Under the pieces are notes generated by a model, which searched no databases, was not told the DNA's origin, and saw nothing but the letters and a program-made list of their open reading frames with translations. Shown in pieces: positions 18,484 to 29,904 of a DNA stretch of 64,000 nt. Position numbers and translations under genes: made by a program. Source of the stretch: an uncultured delta proteobacterium (GTDB lineage: Bacteria; Myxococcota_A; Polyangia; Polyangiales; Houyiibacteriaceae); assembly GCA_963699755.1 (NCBI GenBank), contig CAVOVB010000002.1, positions 128,001-192,000 on the forward strand, in the 5' to 3' direction. Position 1 is the stretch's first letter; every line of letters starts with the position of its first letter.

Positions 18484-19563
18484 TCATCGAAGCGATCTGA
18501 CGCTGATCCGACCCCACTTGGGCTCGGTGAGACTCCCGATGAAGAGCCAGTCGCCCACCTGTTCGGCGCTCGTGGACTTCGAGAAGTTGACGCCGTCTGC
18601 GTCCTGCAAGTTGTACACGACCTTGCCACCGGCATCGAGCCCCAACACGAACGGGTGGCGCCTGGGTTTCGGTTGAAGCGCGGCGGGAATCCGATGGATC
18701 ACTCTGCGCAACCAGGGACTGGGCCCGGCAGCGTCCAAGAGTGGGTTACGGGGTGCATAGATCGCCAACCAGAAGATCCCGTCTACGCCCGTGGAGATGC
18801 CGTCCGGAAAACCGGGAAGATTGTCGATGAACACGTCGACTTGGCCGGCTCGTGGCCCGCGAACGTACACGCGCTTGGTACGATACCGCATCGTTTCGTT
18901 CACCAAGACGTAGCTCTCGTCTGGTGATACGGCGACTCCGTTGGCGAAGAAGAGCTCGCTCAGGACCACTGAGCATTCCCCGGTCGAGATGTCGTACTTG
19001 AGGAGGCGGCCGTTGGGCCTGCTCTCGAGCACTTCGTGCATCACCTGGTGCTGGTCCCATTTATACGAAGCGTCGGAGAACCAGGCGACGTTCTGAGAAT
19101 CGACATCGACGTCGTCGGTGAACGCGAAGGGCTGAGAGCCAGCCTCGGTGCACAGGACTTCGATTGCCCCGCTTGGATCCACCGAAAGCAGGCCCTTGAA
19201 GGCATCCGCGACGATGAGATTGCCATCGCGGTCGAAGTCGAGGCCAAGCGGCCGTCCGCCCGTGTCGGCGAATAGCTGGGGATCGGAGCCGTCTGCGGCG
19301 TAGCGAAGGATCTGTCCCTCGTCCACGCCAACGTAGATGCGTCCCTCTGCATCGACCGCGACGTCTTCGGGACCGTGACCATTCGGCGTCGCGGAAAGCT
19401 CCATCCCCTGCAGAACGCGATTCGCGGCGAAGTCCCCCTCGAGCGCCGGCACCGGCTGCGGCTGCCAAGCGACTGGGTCGATGCTGACGGGCCAGGCAAA
19501 CGAGTAGAGCAGCACGAAAAGCAGAGCGCCGCCCAGCCAAGCAATCACCTTCTTTGCCATCAT
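18484..19563 (-). CDS. Strictosidine synthase-like / SMP-30 family beta-propeller
   Basis: GPED, GGRPLGL, FTDD, FSDAS, GRLLKYD, FANGVA, NLPGFPDGI; N-terminal anchor. Confidence 0.9.
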   Translation of the reverse strand: MMAKKVIAWLGGALLFVLLYSFAWPVSIDPVAWQPQPVPALEGDFAANRVLQGMELSATPNGHGPEDVAVDAEGRIYVGVDEGQILRYAADGSDPQLFADTGGRPLGLDFDRDGNLIVADAFKGLLSVDPSGAIEVLCTEAGSQPFAFTDDVDVDSQNVAWFSDASYKWDQHQVMHEVLESRPNGRLLKYDISTGECSVVLSELFFANGVAVSPDESYVLVNETMRYRTKRVYVRGPRAGQVDVFIDNLPGFPDGISTGVDGIFWLAIYAPRNPLLDAAGPSPWLRRVIHRIPAALQPKPRRHPFVLGLDAGGKVVYNLQDADGVNFSKSTSAEQVGDWLFIGSLTEPKWGRISVRSLR

Positions 19564-20432
19564 CCCTCCCAAAACCAGCGGAGAGCTTGCACTTGGGTCC
19601 CCGCCTCGTTGAGCTCGGCGACGAATCCCGCATCCCGCTTATGTGCGCCCCATTCGATCGTCGCAAGGCCCGAGACGCTTCGGCCCGAGGCAAGCAGATC
19701 ACGAACCTCGAGCGCGGTGCAGCCTTCGAGGAACTCGTCCGAGGTAAGCTTGCCAGCGCCGGGCAGCTCCACCGTGGCACCAGGAGCAAACGCATCGCCT
19801 GCGTCGTGCCCGAGCAAGTGCGCAAGGCGCTCGATCAGCTCCTTGCCCGATCGGCCCACACCCTGCTGTGACGACTTGAAGTACGCCAAGAGCCACTTCG
19901 GCCCGAAGGCTCGCAGCATGCTCCAGTTCATGACGGCAATCGTTTGCAAGCCGCGTGCGCCCTCGGCCATCAAGATGCGGCTCATCCGGTTGAGCTCCCA
20001 GTGCGCCTGCATTCGTTTGATCGCGAGGCCGCCCGCGCGCGGAACGATTTCGTAGAGAAGGTTGGCGGGCACCTTCATCTTCAGGCCCGTCTTCAGGTTG
20101 GTCGTATGGATGTCGACCGCGCGAAACACGTGCATGTCCGAGACGATGTCCTTGCGCGCGACCATGTCGATCCCGCTCGCAGCAATGAACGCCTCGTAGA
20201 ACCGACCTACCTCATCACCCAGGCGGCCGGGGCGCCGCCCCTTGTGAGAGGCGGGGGTACCCACCGGGTCCTCGAGGATCGCGTCGTCGGCATACAACGC
20301 GAGCCAGCGTTCCTTGTCGTGCTGTCCTGCGATCTCGGGAGATGCCTTTGCTGTCTGGAGGATGGCGTCGCGGTCGTGGGAAGACGGAGCTGTCGAAAGC
20401 GATGGTTCAACCATGGGCAATTGTTCTACCAC
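19560..20432 (-). CDS. NTF2/SnoaL-like (ketosteroid isomerase-related) protein
   Basis: HDKERWLALYADDAILEDPVG, RFYEAFIA, AHWEL. Confidence 0.75.
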   Translation of the reverse strand: MVEQLPMVEPSLSTAPSSHDRDAILQTAKASPEIAGQHDKERWLALYADDAILEDPVGTPASHKGRRPGRLGDEVGRFYEAFIAASGIDMVARKDIVSDMHVFRAVDIHTTNLKTGLKMKVPANLLYEIVPRAGGLAIKRMQAHWELNRMSRILMAEGARGLQTIAVMNWSMLRAFGPKWLLAYFKSSQQGVGRSGKELIERLAHLLGHDAGDAFAPGATVELPGAGKLTSDEFLEGCTALEVRDLLASGRSVSGLATIEWGAHKRDAGFVAELNEAGTQVQALRWFWEG

Positions 20433-20441
20433 AGCCGCGCC

Positions 20442-21089
20442 CTAGTCGCTCTCACCAGAACCAGCCTCGGGCTCGTCGGAATCTGGCGCTTCCTTCGCGG
20501 GGGCAGCATCGTTGATCAGCCCCATGACGGTCACTGCAAGCAAGTCTTCGTCGGGCTTACCGAGCGGGCAGAGCTGCTTGCCCAGGTATTTGCAGGCCTC
20601 GCGCCGTACCTTGTCCGGGTCATCGACGTACTTTCCGTCGCGGGTGTACCAGATGCCATCCGAGCTTCGAGCGAGTATGCCGTTTGGGTACACCCATTTG
20701 CCAAGCGCGCTTTTTGCCTTCGCGCCGCTCGGGTAGAACCACTCGCCGCTGCGGCTCTTGGCACGACGCCCGTTGGGATGGTTGAGCTCGAGATAGCCAC
20801 GCACGATCATCCGCCCGTTGGACCAGGTCGTGGTGGGTTGGCGGGTCACGCGATAGCCCACGTAGGGTGCACAGACTTCTCGTCGAAGTTGCGACAGGTC
20901 GCGACGATCCTGGACTTCGAGTCCTCGCTTGTGGCGGCCTGATTCCTCGTCGAGTCGAGCGAGGAAATCCATAATCGTCAGCTCCTCGCAGGTCGGGGAT
21001 GCCGTCAGGACGCGTTGCGAGGATCCCGAAGCCGCCCCCAGAACGCCAAGGGCGAAGGGCAGCAAGAACAATGGAAGCTTTGCATTCAT
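20442..21089 (-). CDS. Hypothetical secreted protein with short (H/Y)P(N/S)G repeats
   Basis: Signal peptide-like MNAKLPLFLLPFALG; HPNG/YPSG/YPNG repeats. Confidence 0.6.
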   Translation of the reverse strand: MNAKLPLFLLPFALGVLGAASGSSQRVLTASPTCEELTIMDFLARLDEESGRHKRGLEVQDRRDLSQLRREVCAPYVGYRVTRQPTTTWSNGRMIVRGYLELNHPNGRRAKSRSGEWFYPSGAKAKSALGKWVYPNGILARSSDGIWYTRDGKYVDDPDKVRREACKYLGKQLCPLGKPDEDLLAVTVMGLINDAAPAKEAPDSDEPEAGSGESD

Positions 21090-21115
21090 GGAAAGCCGTG
21101 CTGGGCAGAATCTCG

Positions 21116-23311
<2,196 letters not shown>

Positions 23312-23437
23312 GGAAAGGACTTGGTGATTTGCCAGTGTAGCCCGCAATCGTCGTTGGGATCTAGGTGCGTAAATGCACAGGGGCTAGTCATTCCTTGGTT
23401 TTTCCGGTAAATCCGGCGGTGAAGGCGCTCCCAAGGG

Positions 23438-24088
23438 ATGGCGAACGAGAAGACCGATCAGCTCACTCCGCGTAGGAGGCCCCGTCAGGACCGTTCGCGC
23501 GACCGCGTGGAGCGCATCTTGGATGCGACCTCTACGCTGCTCGGGGGTACGCCGGTGGACAAGATCACGACCGCCGCAATTGCGGAAGAAGCGGGCGTGC
23601 CGATCGGCTCGGTCTACCAATACTTCCCGAACAAGCTCGCCGTGCTGGCGGAGCTCGCGCGGCGCGTGATGGAAGAAGTGGACTTGAAGACAGCGAGCTT
23701 GATCACAGAGGATTTCGGCGTTCTGCCCTGGGACGAGGCGATCGACCGAGCGATCGACGCGACCATCCAAGGCTACGCGGCGCAGCCTGGCTATTTGCAG
23801 TTGCTGCTGAGCATTCGTCCTACGCCGGAGTTTCGCGCCATCACAGACGAATCGAACGAACGCGTGGCTGCCATGCTCGCGATTCACCCAGCGCTGCAGA
23901 AGTTGATCCCCGCCGATCGGATTCAGCTCGTCACCAGGGCAGCCATCCAAGCGGCGAACTCCTTACAGGACTGGGCGCTCTCCGAGGAGGACCCCGAAAC
24001 CAGGAATCGCATCATCATCGAGATGAAGACGCTCCTCAAAGGCTACCTCGCGGTTTACATGGACGACGCCAGCCCCTATCGCGACTGA
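23438..24088 (+). CDS. TetR/AcrR family transcriptional regulator
   Basis: PRQDRSR, TT..IAEEAGVPIGSVYQYFPNK helix-turn-helix. Confidence 0.93.
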   Translation: MANEKTDQLTPRRRPRQDRSRDRVERILDATSTLLGGTPVDKITTAAIAEEAGVPIGSVYQYFPNKLAVLAELARRVMEEVDLKTASLITEDFGVLPWDEAIDRAIDATIQGYAAQPGYLQLLLSIRPTPEFRAITDESNERVAAMLAIHPALQKLIPADRIQLVTRAAIQAANSLQDWALSEEDPETRNRIIIEMKTLLKGYLAVYMDDASPYRD

Positions 24089-24128
24089 AAAACCAACAAT
24101 TCAGGTACTTAGCGAACAGGTCGCAATT

Positions 24129-24143
24129 GTGAGCTTTGCTCAC
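24129..24143. promoter_or_regulatory. Palindrome, candidate operator upstream of the beta-helix operon
   Basis: GTGAGC-TTT-GCTCAC in an AT-richer intergenic region 60 bp upstream of ATG 24204. Confidence 0.4.
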
Positions 24144-24203
24144 TTTTGCTTTCTTCCGTTCCGTGTTACAACGGCGCAACTTTCGGAGCAGGAGACCCGA
24201 TAC

Positions 24204-25703
24204 ATGAATTTCAAAGTACTTATCAGCGGGATTTTCGCCTGCCTACTGGCAGTCACAGCTTGCAGCAGCGACGACGGCAACAACGGCAGCGGCGGTAGCG
24301 CAGGTAGCGCTGGTAGCGGCGGCGCGGGCGGCGGCGCTAGCGGGATCTGCGATACGGGCTTCGGCGGATTCCCCGCGGCCGATTGCGATAACTTGCCGGA
24401 CTTGACTGGGTACGTGGTTGGCGACTTTTATGACAGCGTCCCGGCGACCCCCAACGATGATTGCACTGAGCTGTTCGAGGGCTCTGACTCGAACGCCGCT
24501 GACCTCAACATCCTCCTCAACAACGCCGATCGCGGGGCCATCATTTGCATAGCAGAAGGCACCTACGAGATGGAGGCTACGCTCACAGTTCCGATTCCCG
24601 AGCTGACGCTCAAAGGTATCGGCGACTCACCTGACAAGACCGTGCTCAACTTCGGCGGCCCCGGCACCGGTAAGGGCATCCTCGTCCAGCAGAACGACGT
24701 CACGATCGAGAACATGTGGGTCAAGAACACCGGTGACAACGCGGTTCAGCAGGAAGCCGTGACAGGCTCCGTATTCCGAAAGCTCCACGTGAGCTGGGAC
24801 ATCAACGGTGAAAATATGTCCCTAAACGGCGCGTACGCGCTCTACCCGACCGACTGCGAGAAGACACTCGTCGAGTACAACCAGCTTCAGGGCGCCTCCG
24901 ATGCCGGCATCTACGTCGGCAAGTGCGGCTGGGGCGACGACACGACCGACGGAGGTATCGTTCGATACAATGTCGTTCATGAGAACGTACTGGGCCTCGA
25001 GGTGGAGAACAGCCTAGATGTGGTCGTCCACGACAATACGATGTTGAACAACGCTGCCGGCTTACTCTCCCTCACGCAGCCCATCTCCGTCGAGAAGCCA
25101 TCGAACACGAACATCATCTGGTACGACAACAATAGCTATTGCAACAATCATCCGAACTTTGCAGCCACGGGCGTTGCGCAGATCGCTCCGCCTGGCTCTG
25201 GTGCTATCGTCTACAGCGGCGACGGGCAGGAGCTCTGTAACAACCGATTCCAGAACAACGTCACCGCTGGCATTCTGATCATCAGCAATTACTTCGTTTG
25301 TCAGTTGGAACCCCCAACAGACTGCAACGTGCCGGACGGGTACATCCCCTACCCGCAGAACATCTACACGCATGACAACTACTTCGCCGGCAACGGGACT
25401 GATCCACAGGGACAATTTGCTCTTATCTTCGAGCTCCTAGGAGTCGGCACTCCTGAGAAACCGGTCGAAGACGTCTTCTGGGACGGCTATGTCTATCCCG
25501 GCGCGCCAAACGGAGACCCAGGAATCTGCCTGGGCGCAGACAACACCGCGTCGTACCGCGACGTGACCCAAGACATGTGCCAGGACGTCGATTGCACGGG
25601 ACTCTCGAAGGACCTCTGCCAGGCCGCGATCATCGGCTGCGGTGTGACCAACACCACCACCGAAACGACCGGCCGTCTCTGCGACGCGCCAGTACCACTT
25701 TGA
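24204..25703 (+). CDS. Parallel beta-helix repeat lipoprotein (TIGR03805-like)
   Basis: LAVTAC lipobox, Gly/Ser linker, NGAYALYP, GASDAGIYVG, NVLGLEVENS, NNHPNFA; AGGAG RBS. Confidence 0.85.
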   Translation: MNFKVLISGIFACLLAVTACSSDDGNNGSGGSAGSAGSGGAGGGASGICDTGFGGFPAADCDNLPDLTGYVVGDFYDSVPATPNDDCTELFEGSDSNAADLNILLNNADRGAIICIAEGTYEMEATLTVPIPELTLKGIGDSPDKTVLNFGGPGTGKGILVQQNDVTIENMWVKNTGDNAVQQEAVTGSVFRKLHVSWDINGENMSLNGAYALYPTDCEKTLVEYNQLQGASDAGIYVGKCGWGDDTTDGGIVRYNVVHENVLGLEVENSLDVVVHDNTMLNNAAGLLSLTQPISVEKPSNTNIIWYDNNSYCNNHPNFAATGVAQIAPPGSGAIVYSGDGQELCNNRFQNNVTAGILIISNYFVCQLEPPTDCNVPDGYIPYPQNIYTHDNYFAGNGTDPQGQFALIFELLGVGTPEKPVEDVFWDGYVYPGAPNGDPGICLGADNTASYRDVTQDMCQDVDCTGLSKDLCQAAIIGCGVTNTTTETTGRLCDAPVPL

Positions 25704-25728
25704 GAGACGGAAAGGGCATGCAAAGCAA

Positions 25729-27069
25729 ATGAAGAACAGGCTTAGCTTAGCGCTCGTCCTTCTTCTCTCCGTGCTAGTGGGCTGCAGCGGTAGCGACGAG
25801 TCGGGTCCCGCGGGGACCGGGGGCCTGGGTGGAGCTGGCGGTGGCGGCGGCGGTGCTGGCGGCGGCGGTGCTGGCGGCGACGGTGCTGGTGGCGGCGGCA
25901 TGGGAGGCGAAGGCGGCGGTGGAGGCATCGTCCTCGGCAACTGTCACCCAAGCGTTCCCGATCGTCTCTCGGACTGGGGGCTCTTCAACAACATTCGCGA
26001 CCAAGTCCCCGCCGATGACGTCGCACCCTACACGGTCACTTCGCCCTTGTTCACCGACTATGCCCTCAAGCCCCGGTTCGTGACCCTTCGCGGTGCATCA
26101 GGCAAGATCGACTACGCGGATCCCGAACGCTGGCAAAGCCCCGTCGGGACGATCTACGTGAAGACCTTCGCCTACCCTCCGAACGAGCTGGCGGACCCGC
26201 CTCAGACCAAGGACCAGCTGATCGAGACTCGTCTCCTGGTTCACGACGCGGCCGAAGATGATCGACTGGGCTGCCTCGGCGCCGACTCGTGCTGGAACGC
26301 GTACGTCTACGTCTATACGGAAGATCAGACCGACGCGATTTGCGAGTCTGGCGGCGTGACCAAATCGGTGACCTTCACGGACCCGCTCACCGAAGAACAG
26401 GTGACGATCGAGGACTACCACGTGCCGGTCAGCCCAGGAGAATGCGGTCAGTGCCACGGTCGACGAGGGCCAGATACGCGGACACTGGGGCCCTCGACGG
26501 GCATGCTGAACCTGGGGAACGAATACCAGGGCAACATGGTCGAAAACCAAATCGACGCATTCTATGATGCGGAGTGGTTGGCGGCTGATGAGCTGCCGCC
26601 ATCCGGCGCGCGGACGACCTATGCCAATCCAGTCGAGCTCATCGCGGGCTGCACGACACCTGCCTGCTACCACGAGGCGGTGCGCTCCTTCTTCGACTCG
26701 AACTGCGCTCACTGCCATGCGGCTGATGGAGAGATCGAAGATCAGGGTCTGTTCCTCGACTATACCAACATGGACCCGGCGGGCCCGACCTTCGAGGAGT
26801 TCAACTCCTGGGGTGTCTGCCGGACGCCGACGTCGGCCGGCAACCTCACCGAGGCCTGCCGTGACAAGCCAGTAGACATCTGGCCTGGCAATCCCGACAA
26901 GTCACTTCTGCTTTGCCGACTCGAGTCGGTCACTCCTGGAGAGATGATGCCGACGCTCGGCCGATCGGTTCAGGACACGGAGGTAATCGCGATCGTCCGG
27001 CAGTGGATCATCGACCTGCCGACGCTATTCCCGACGATTCCGCTCTGCGGCGCCCAAGCAAGCCAGTGA
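25729..27069 (+). CDS. SO2930/HNE_0200-like diheme c-type cytochrome lipoprotein
   Basis: LVGC lipobox, Gly-rich tether, LSDWGLF, PLFTDYA.K.RF, PVGT..KTF, IETRLL, CGQCH, CAHCH, MMP.LGRS. Confidence 0.85.
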   Translation: MKNRLSLALVLLLSVLVGCSGSDESGPAGTGGLGGAGGGGGGAGGGGAGGDGAGGGGMGGEGGGGGIVLGNCHPSVPDRLSDWGLFNNIRDQVPADDVAPYTVTSPLFTDYALKPRFVTLRGASGKIDYADPERWQSPVGTIYVKTFAYPPNELADPPQTKDQLIETRLLVHDAAEDDRLGCLGADSCWNAYVYVYTEDQTDAICESGGVTKSVTFTDPLTEEQVTIEDYHVPVSPGECGQCHGRRGPDTRTLGPSTGMLNLGNEYQGNMVENQIDAFYDAEWLAADELPPSGARTTYANPVELIAGCTTPACYHEAVRSFFDSNCAHCHAADGEIEDQGLFLDYTNMDPAGPTFEEFNSWGVCRTPTSAGNLTEACRDKPVDIWPGNPDKSLLLCRLESVTPGEMMPTLGRSVQDTEVIAIVRQWIIDLPTLFPTIPLCGAQASQ

Positions 27070-28124
27070 GTCCTCGGGCATTCGCCGTCCTGATCCTCGC
27101 GGCGGTCGTAGCCTCCTGTGGCGATTCGGCCGAATCGGGGCACGACGCGAACACCCCGTGGCCGCCGTCCGAATTCCCGCCACTTCCCGAGGGGATGAAG
27201 GACGTGCCCGCAGCAAGGATAGAGCTCGGGCATCTCCTTTTCTACGATGCCGTCCTCTCCGTCGATCAGCAAACCTCTTGCTCGACTTGTCACAGCGAGC
27301 GCTGGGGTTTGAGCGATGCGCTGCGAAGGTCGGTCGGCCACGGAGCGGGTCTTCTCGCGGGTCCCGGTCGAGCGGGCCCAAACACAGTGCGCCGCAACTC
27401 TCCGACCCTCTATAACCTCGCATTCCGCGAGACCCTCACCTGGGACGGTTCCGCCGGTTCGCTCGAAGAACAGGTCCTCATCCCACTCTTCGACGATGAC
27501 GAGATGGCTGCGGACCCCGAAACCATCGTCAGGGACTTGTCCGATGTCCCAGAGTACGTCGCCATGTTCTCCGAAGCGTTCCCCGACAACCCCGAGATCT
27601 CGGTCGAAAACCTGGCCGCTGCATTGGCTGCGTACCAACGAACGTTCCTCTCCATGGATGCGCTATACGATAAACACGCGGCGGGCAGAACTCTGGTGAT
27701 GACCGAGGATATGATCGACGGGATGTTTCGATTCGCGGAAATGGGGTGCCACGACTGTCACGCCCCACCGCTCTTCGAATCGGAGACCTTTGCAGACCGA
27801 GGTGTTGCAGAGGTCGAGGGCATCGTCGACGATGGCCGCGAAGAAATCACTGCACGTCCGGAAGACCGTGGAAAGTTTCGTGCGGTGACCTTGCGAAATA
27901 TCGTCTTCACGGCGCCGTATTTCCACAACGGCACTGTCGACTCGCTCCAAGATGCGGTTCGACACGAGCTCGCACAAGGCGAGCGGCCGTTTACCGACGA
28001 AGACGTCCGCCTGATCGCGCTGTTCATCGGGCAAGGGCTTCGCGATGAAACAAACGAAGCGATCCGCCCGGCCTCCCTTCCAAGCGGGCTCCCGCTCTCG
28101 GTCGACGACCCTGGAAGCCGCTAG
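27066..28124 (+). CDS. Diheme cytochrome c peroxidase (bCcP/MauG superfamily) lipoprotein
   Basis: GTG 27066 overlaps the upstream stop. VASC lipobox, LG.LLFYD, SCSTCH, RNSPTL, WDG, LEEQ, CHDCH, LRN...TAPYFHNG, PSGLP. Confidence 0.88.
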   Translation: MSPRAFAVLILAAVVASCGDSAESGHDANTPWPPSEFPPLPEGMKDVPAARIELGHLLFYDAVLSVDQQTSCSTCHSERWGLSDALRRSVGHGAGLLAGPGRAGPNTVRRNSPTLYNLAFRETLTWDGSAGSLEEQVLIPLFDDDEMAADPETIVRDLSDVPEYVAMFSEAFPDNPEISVENLAAALAAYQRTFLSMDALYDKHAAGRTLVMTEDMIDGMFRFAEMGCHDCHAPPLFESETFADRGVAEVEGIVDDGREEITARPEDRGKFRAVTLRNIVFTAPYFHNGTVDSLQDAVRHELAQGERPFTDEDVRLIALFIGQGLRDETNEAIRPASLPSGLPLSVDDPGSR

Positions 28125-28128
28125 CGCC

Positions 28129-29790
28129 TCAGATCATCAACCTGGTTTCGGCGAGCGTGCTCTCCTCCTCGATCAGGTCGATGCGGCTTCTGGCGAAGCG
28201 CCGTGCCGCGGCCAAGGCGCGCTCGCCCTTCCCCTGATCGAGACACCACTGGGCGTGATTGGCCAATAGCGCGAGCTCGGTCGCTCGACCCAGGGTCATT
28301 GCGAATCGGCGTGCACCTGCTTCGAGTTGCTCGCGTTCGGAGAGCTTGTCTTGCAGCCATCGCCCAGCATGCTGAACGGCCGCTCGGCTGCGCTCGACGG
28401 CTGACTGCAGGCCCGCATCGGTCGCGGCTTCGAGAGCCGTGCGAATCTCGTCGACGAAGGCTTCCCAGACGCCCTCCTGCTTGAGTGCGCGGAGCGCATC
28501 GAGGGACAGGACATTGGTCGTGCCTTCCCAAATTGGAAGCACCTGCGCGTCGGCGAGGAGCTTCGGAAGGCCGGTGTCATTCACGTAGCCCGCGCCTCCA
28601 AAAGATTCGAGCGCCTCAGAGGCCACCGCAACGGCTTGTTTGCCGGTCGTGAGCTTTCCGATGGGCGTGAGCAGGCGGCTCAGGAGTTGCTCGGCTCTGC
28701 TAGCCTCGCCCGACTCGATGCGACCGAGGAGCTCGACGACGCGAAACGCCAGCAAGAACGCGCCCTGCGTCTCGGCGACCATCTCGGCCATGGTGTCGAT
28801 GTGAAGGGGCTTGTCGATGAGGGCTGCGCCGAACGCTTTGCGCTTGAGCGCATAATCGCGGGTGAGCGCAACCGCCCTCTGCATTCCGAGCACCGCTGCG
28901 ACGGCGTTCCAGGTCCGGGTGACGTTCAGCATGGGGGTGATGTTGCGGACTCCGCTGTCGAGACCCGCAACCGGAATGGCTTCGACGCCGTCCAAGGTCA
29001 GCTCGGCGGTCGGCAGCTTGCGCGTCCCGAACTTGTCTTTGAGCCGATTGATGTGGAGGTTCTGGAGCTTTCCGTCCTGGTCGCGAAGCTCGAGGTAGAA
29101 CATCGCCAAGCCGCGGCCGCCAGGCGGGTTTCCTTCGGGCCGTGCAAGCGTGAGCGCCATGTCGGCAGTGGTCGCAGAGGTGAACCACTTGGTGCCATAC
29201 AGACGCCAGCGGTCGCCGTCGCGTCGCGCGACTGTCTCAGTCTGCCCGACGTCCGAGCCACCGATGCGCTCGGTCATCCATTGACCCGAGGTCCACATGG
29301 TGGCTGGGTCGCGAGACAAGAGACGCGGAAGCGCGCGATCGATCAGCTCTTGGTTACCAGAATCGAGCAGGGTGCGCGCCGCGCCATCGGTCATCGCCAG
29401 CGGGCAGTTATAGGTGTCGAGCGAGGCTTGGGCGACGTAGTTCAAGACGTGCTGATGGATGCGCGCATAGGGCCCGAGCTCCCTGTCGTAGCCGGCGGCG
29501 ACCAGGCCATGCTTCGCGCAGATCTGCTGCGCGCGCTTCCAGACCTCGGTGACCGCGACCTCGTCGATCCGATTGCCCCATGGATCCCAGACCGTGTGTA
29601 CCGGCTCGTTTTCGAGGTCGGCCAAGGAGAGCCGATAGAGCTCGCCGCCATTGAGCTCGCCGAGCTCCCGGTACTCGGGTTCGAAGCGCAAACGTAGCGC
29701 CGCTGCCATGTTTCGGTCCAGGTACTCTCGGAGGAGCGAGTCAGAATCGTATTGATTTCCAAGGCTTGGAGGCACCTGGTAAAAGGCCAT
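28129..29790 (-). CDS. Acyl-CoA dehydrogenase, AidB-like subfamily
   Basis: CPLAMTDGA, GQWMTERIGGSDV, KWFTS, RLKDKFGT..LPTAE, IWEGTTN. Confidence 0.9.
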   Translation of the reverse strand: MAFYQVPPSLGNQYDSDSLLREYLDRNMAAALRLRFEPEYRELGELNGGELYRLSLADLENEPVHTVWDPWGNRIDEVAVTEVWKRAQQICAKHGLVAAGYDRELGPYARIHQHVLNYVAQASLDTYNCPLAMTDGAARTLLDSGNQELIDRALPRLLSRDPATMWTSGQWMTERIGGSDVGQTETVARRDGDRWRLYGTKWFTSATTADMALTLARPEGNPPGGRGLAMFYLELRDQDGKLQNLHINRLKDKFGTRKLPTAELTLDGVEAIPVAGLDSGVRNITPMLNVTRTWNAVAAVLGMQRAVALTRDYALKRKAFGAALIDKPLHIDTMAEMVAETQGAFLLAFRVVELLGRIESGEASRAEQLLSRLLTPIGKLTTGKQAVAVASEALESFGGAGYVNDTGLPKLLADAQVLPIWEGTTNVLSLDALRALKQEGVWEAFVDEIRTALEAATDAGLQSAVERSRAAVQHAGRWLQDKLSEREQLEAGARRFAMTLGRATELALLANHAQWCLDQGKGERALAAARRFARSRIDLIEEESTLAETRLMI

Positions 29791-29904
29791 ACATTACTCG
29801 ACTTGGCAGAGAATGACGATTGACGAAATCATCATACGCCCCGCTCCAGGAGCAGTCAATCCTCAAAGAGGCTCCCAGGCGCGGAGCGGTGCTAGAGATG
29901 GGGC

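Noticed and set aside
29791..29904. Short IRs (GATTGAC/GTCAATC, CCGCTCC/GGAGCGG) upstream of nadE as a riboswitch
   Set aside because: The stems are short and match no riboswitch consensus I recognise.
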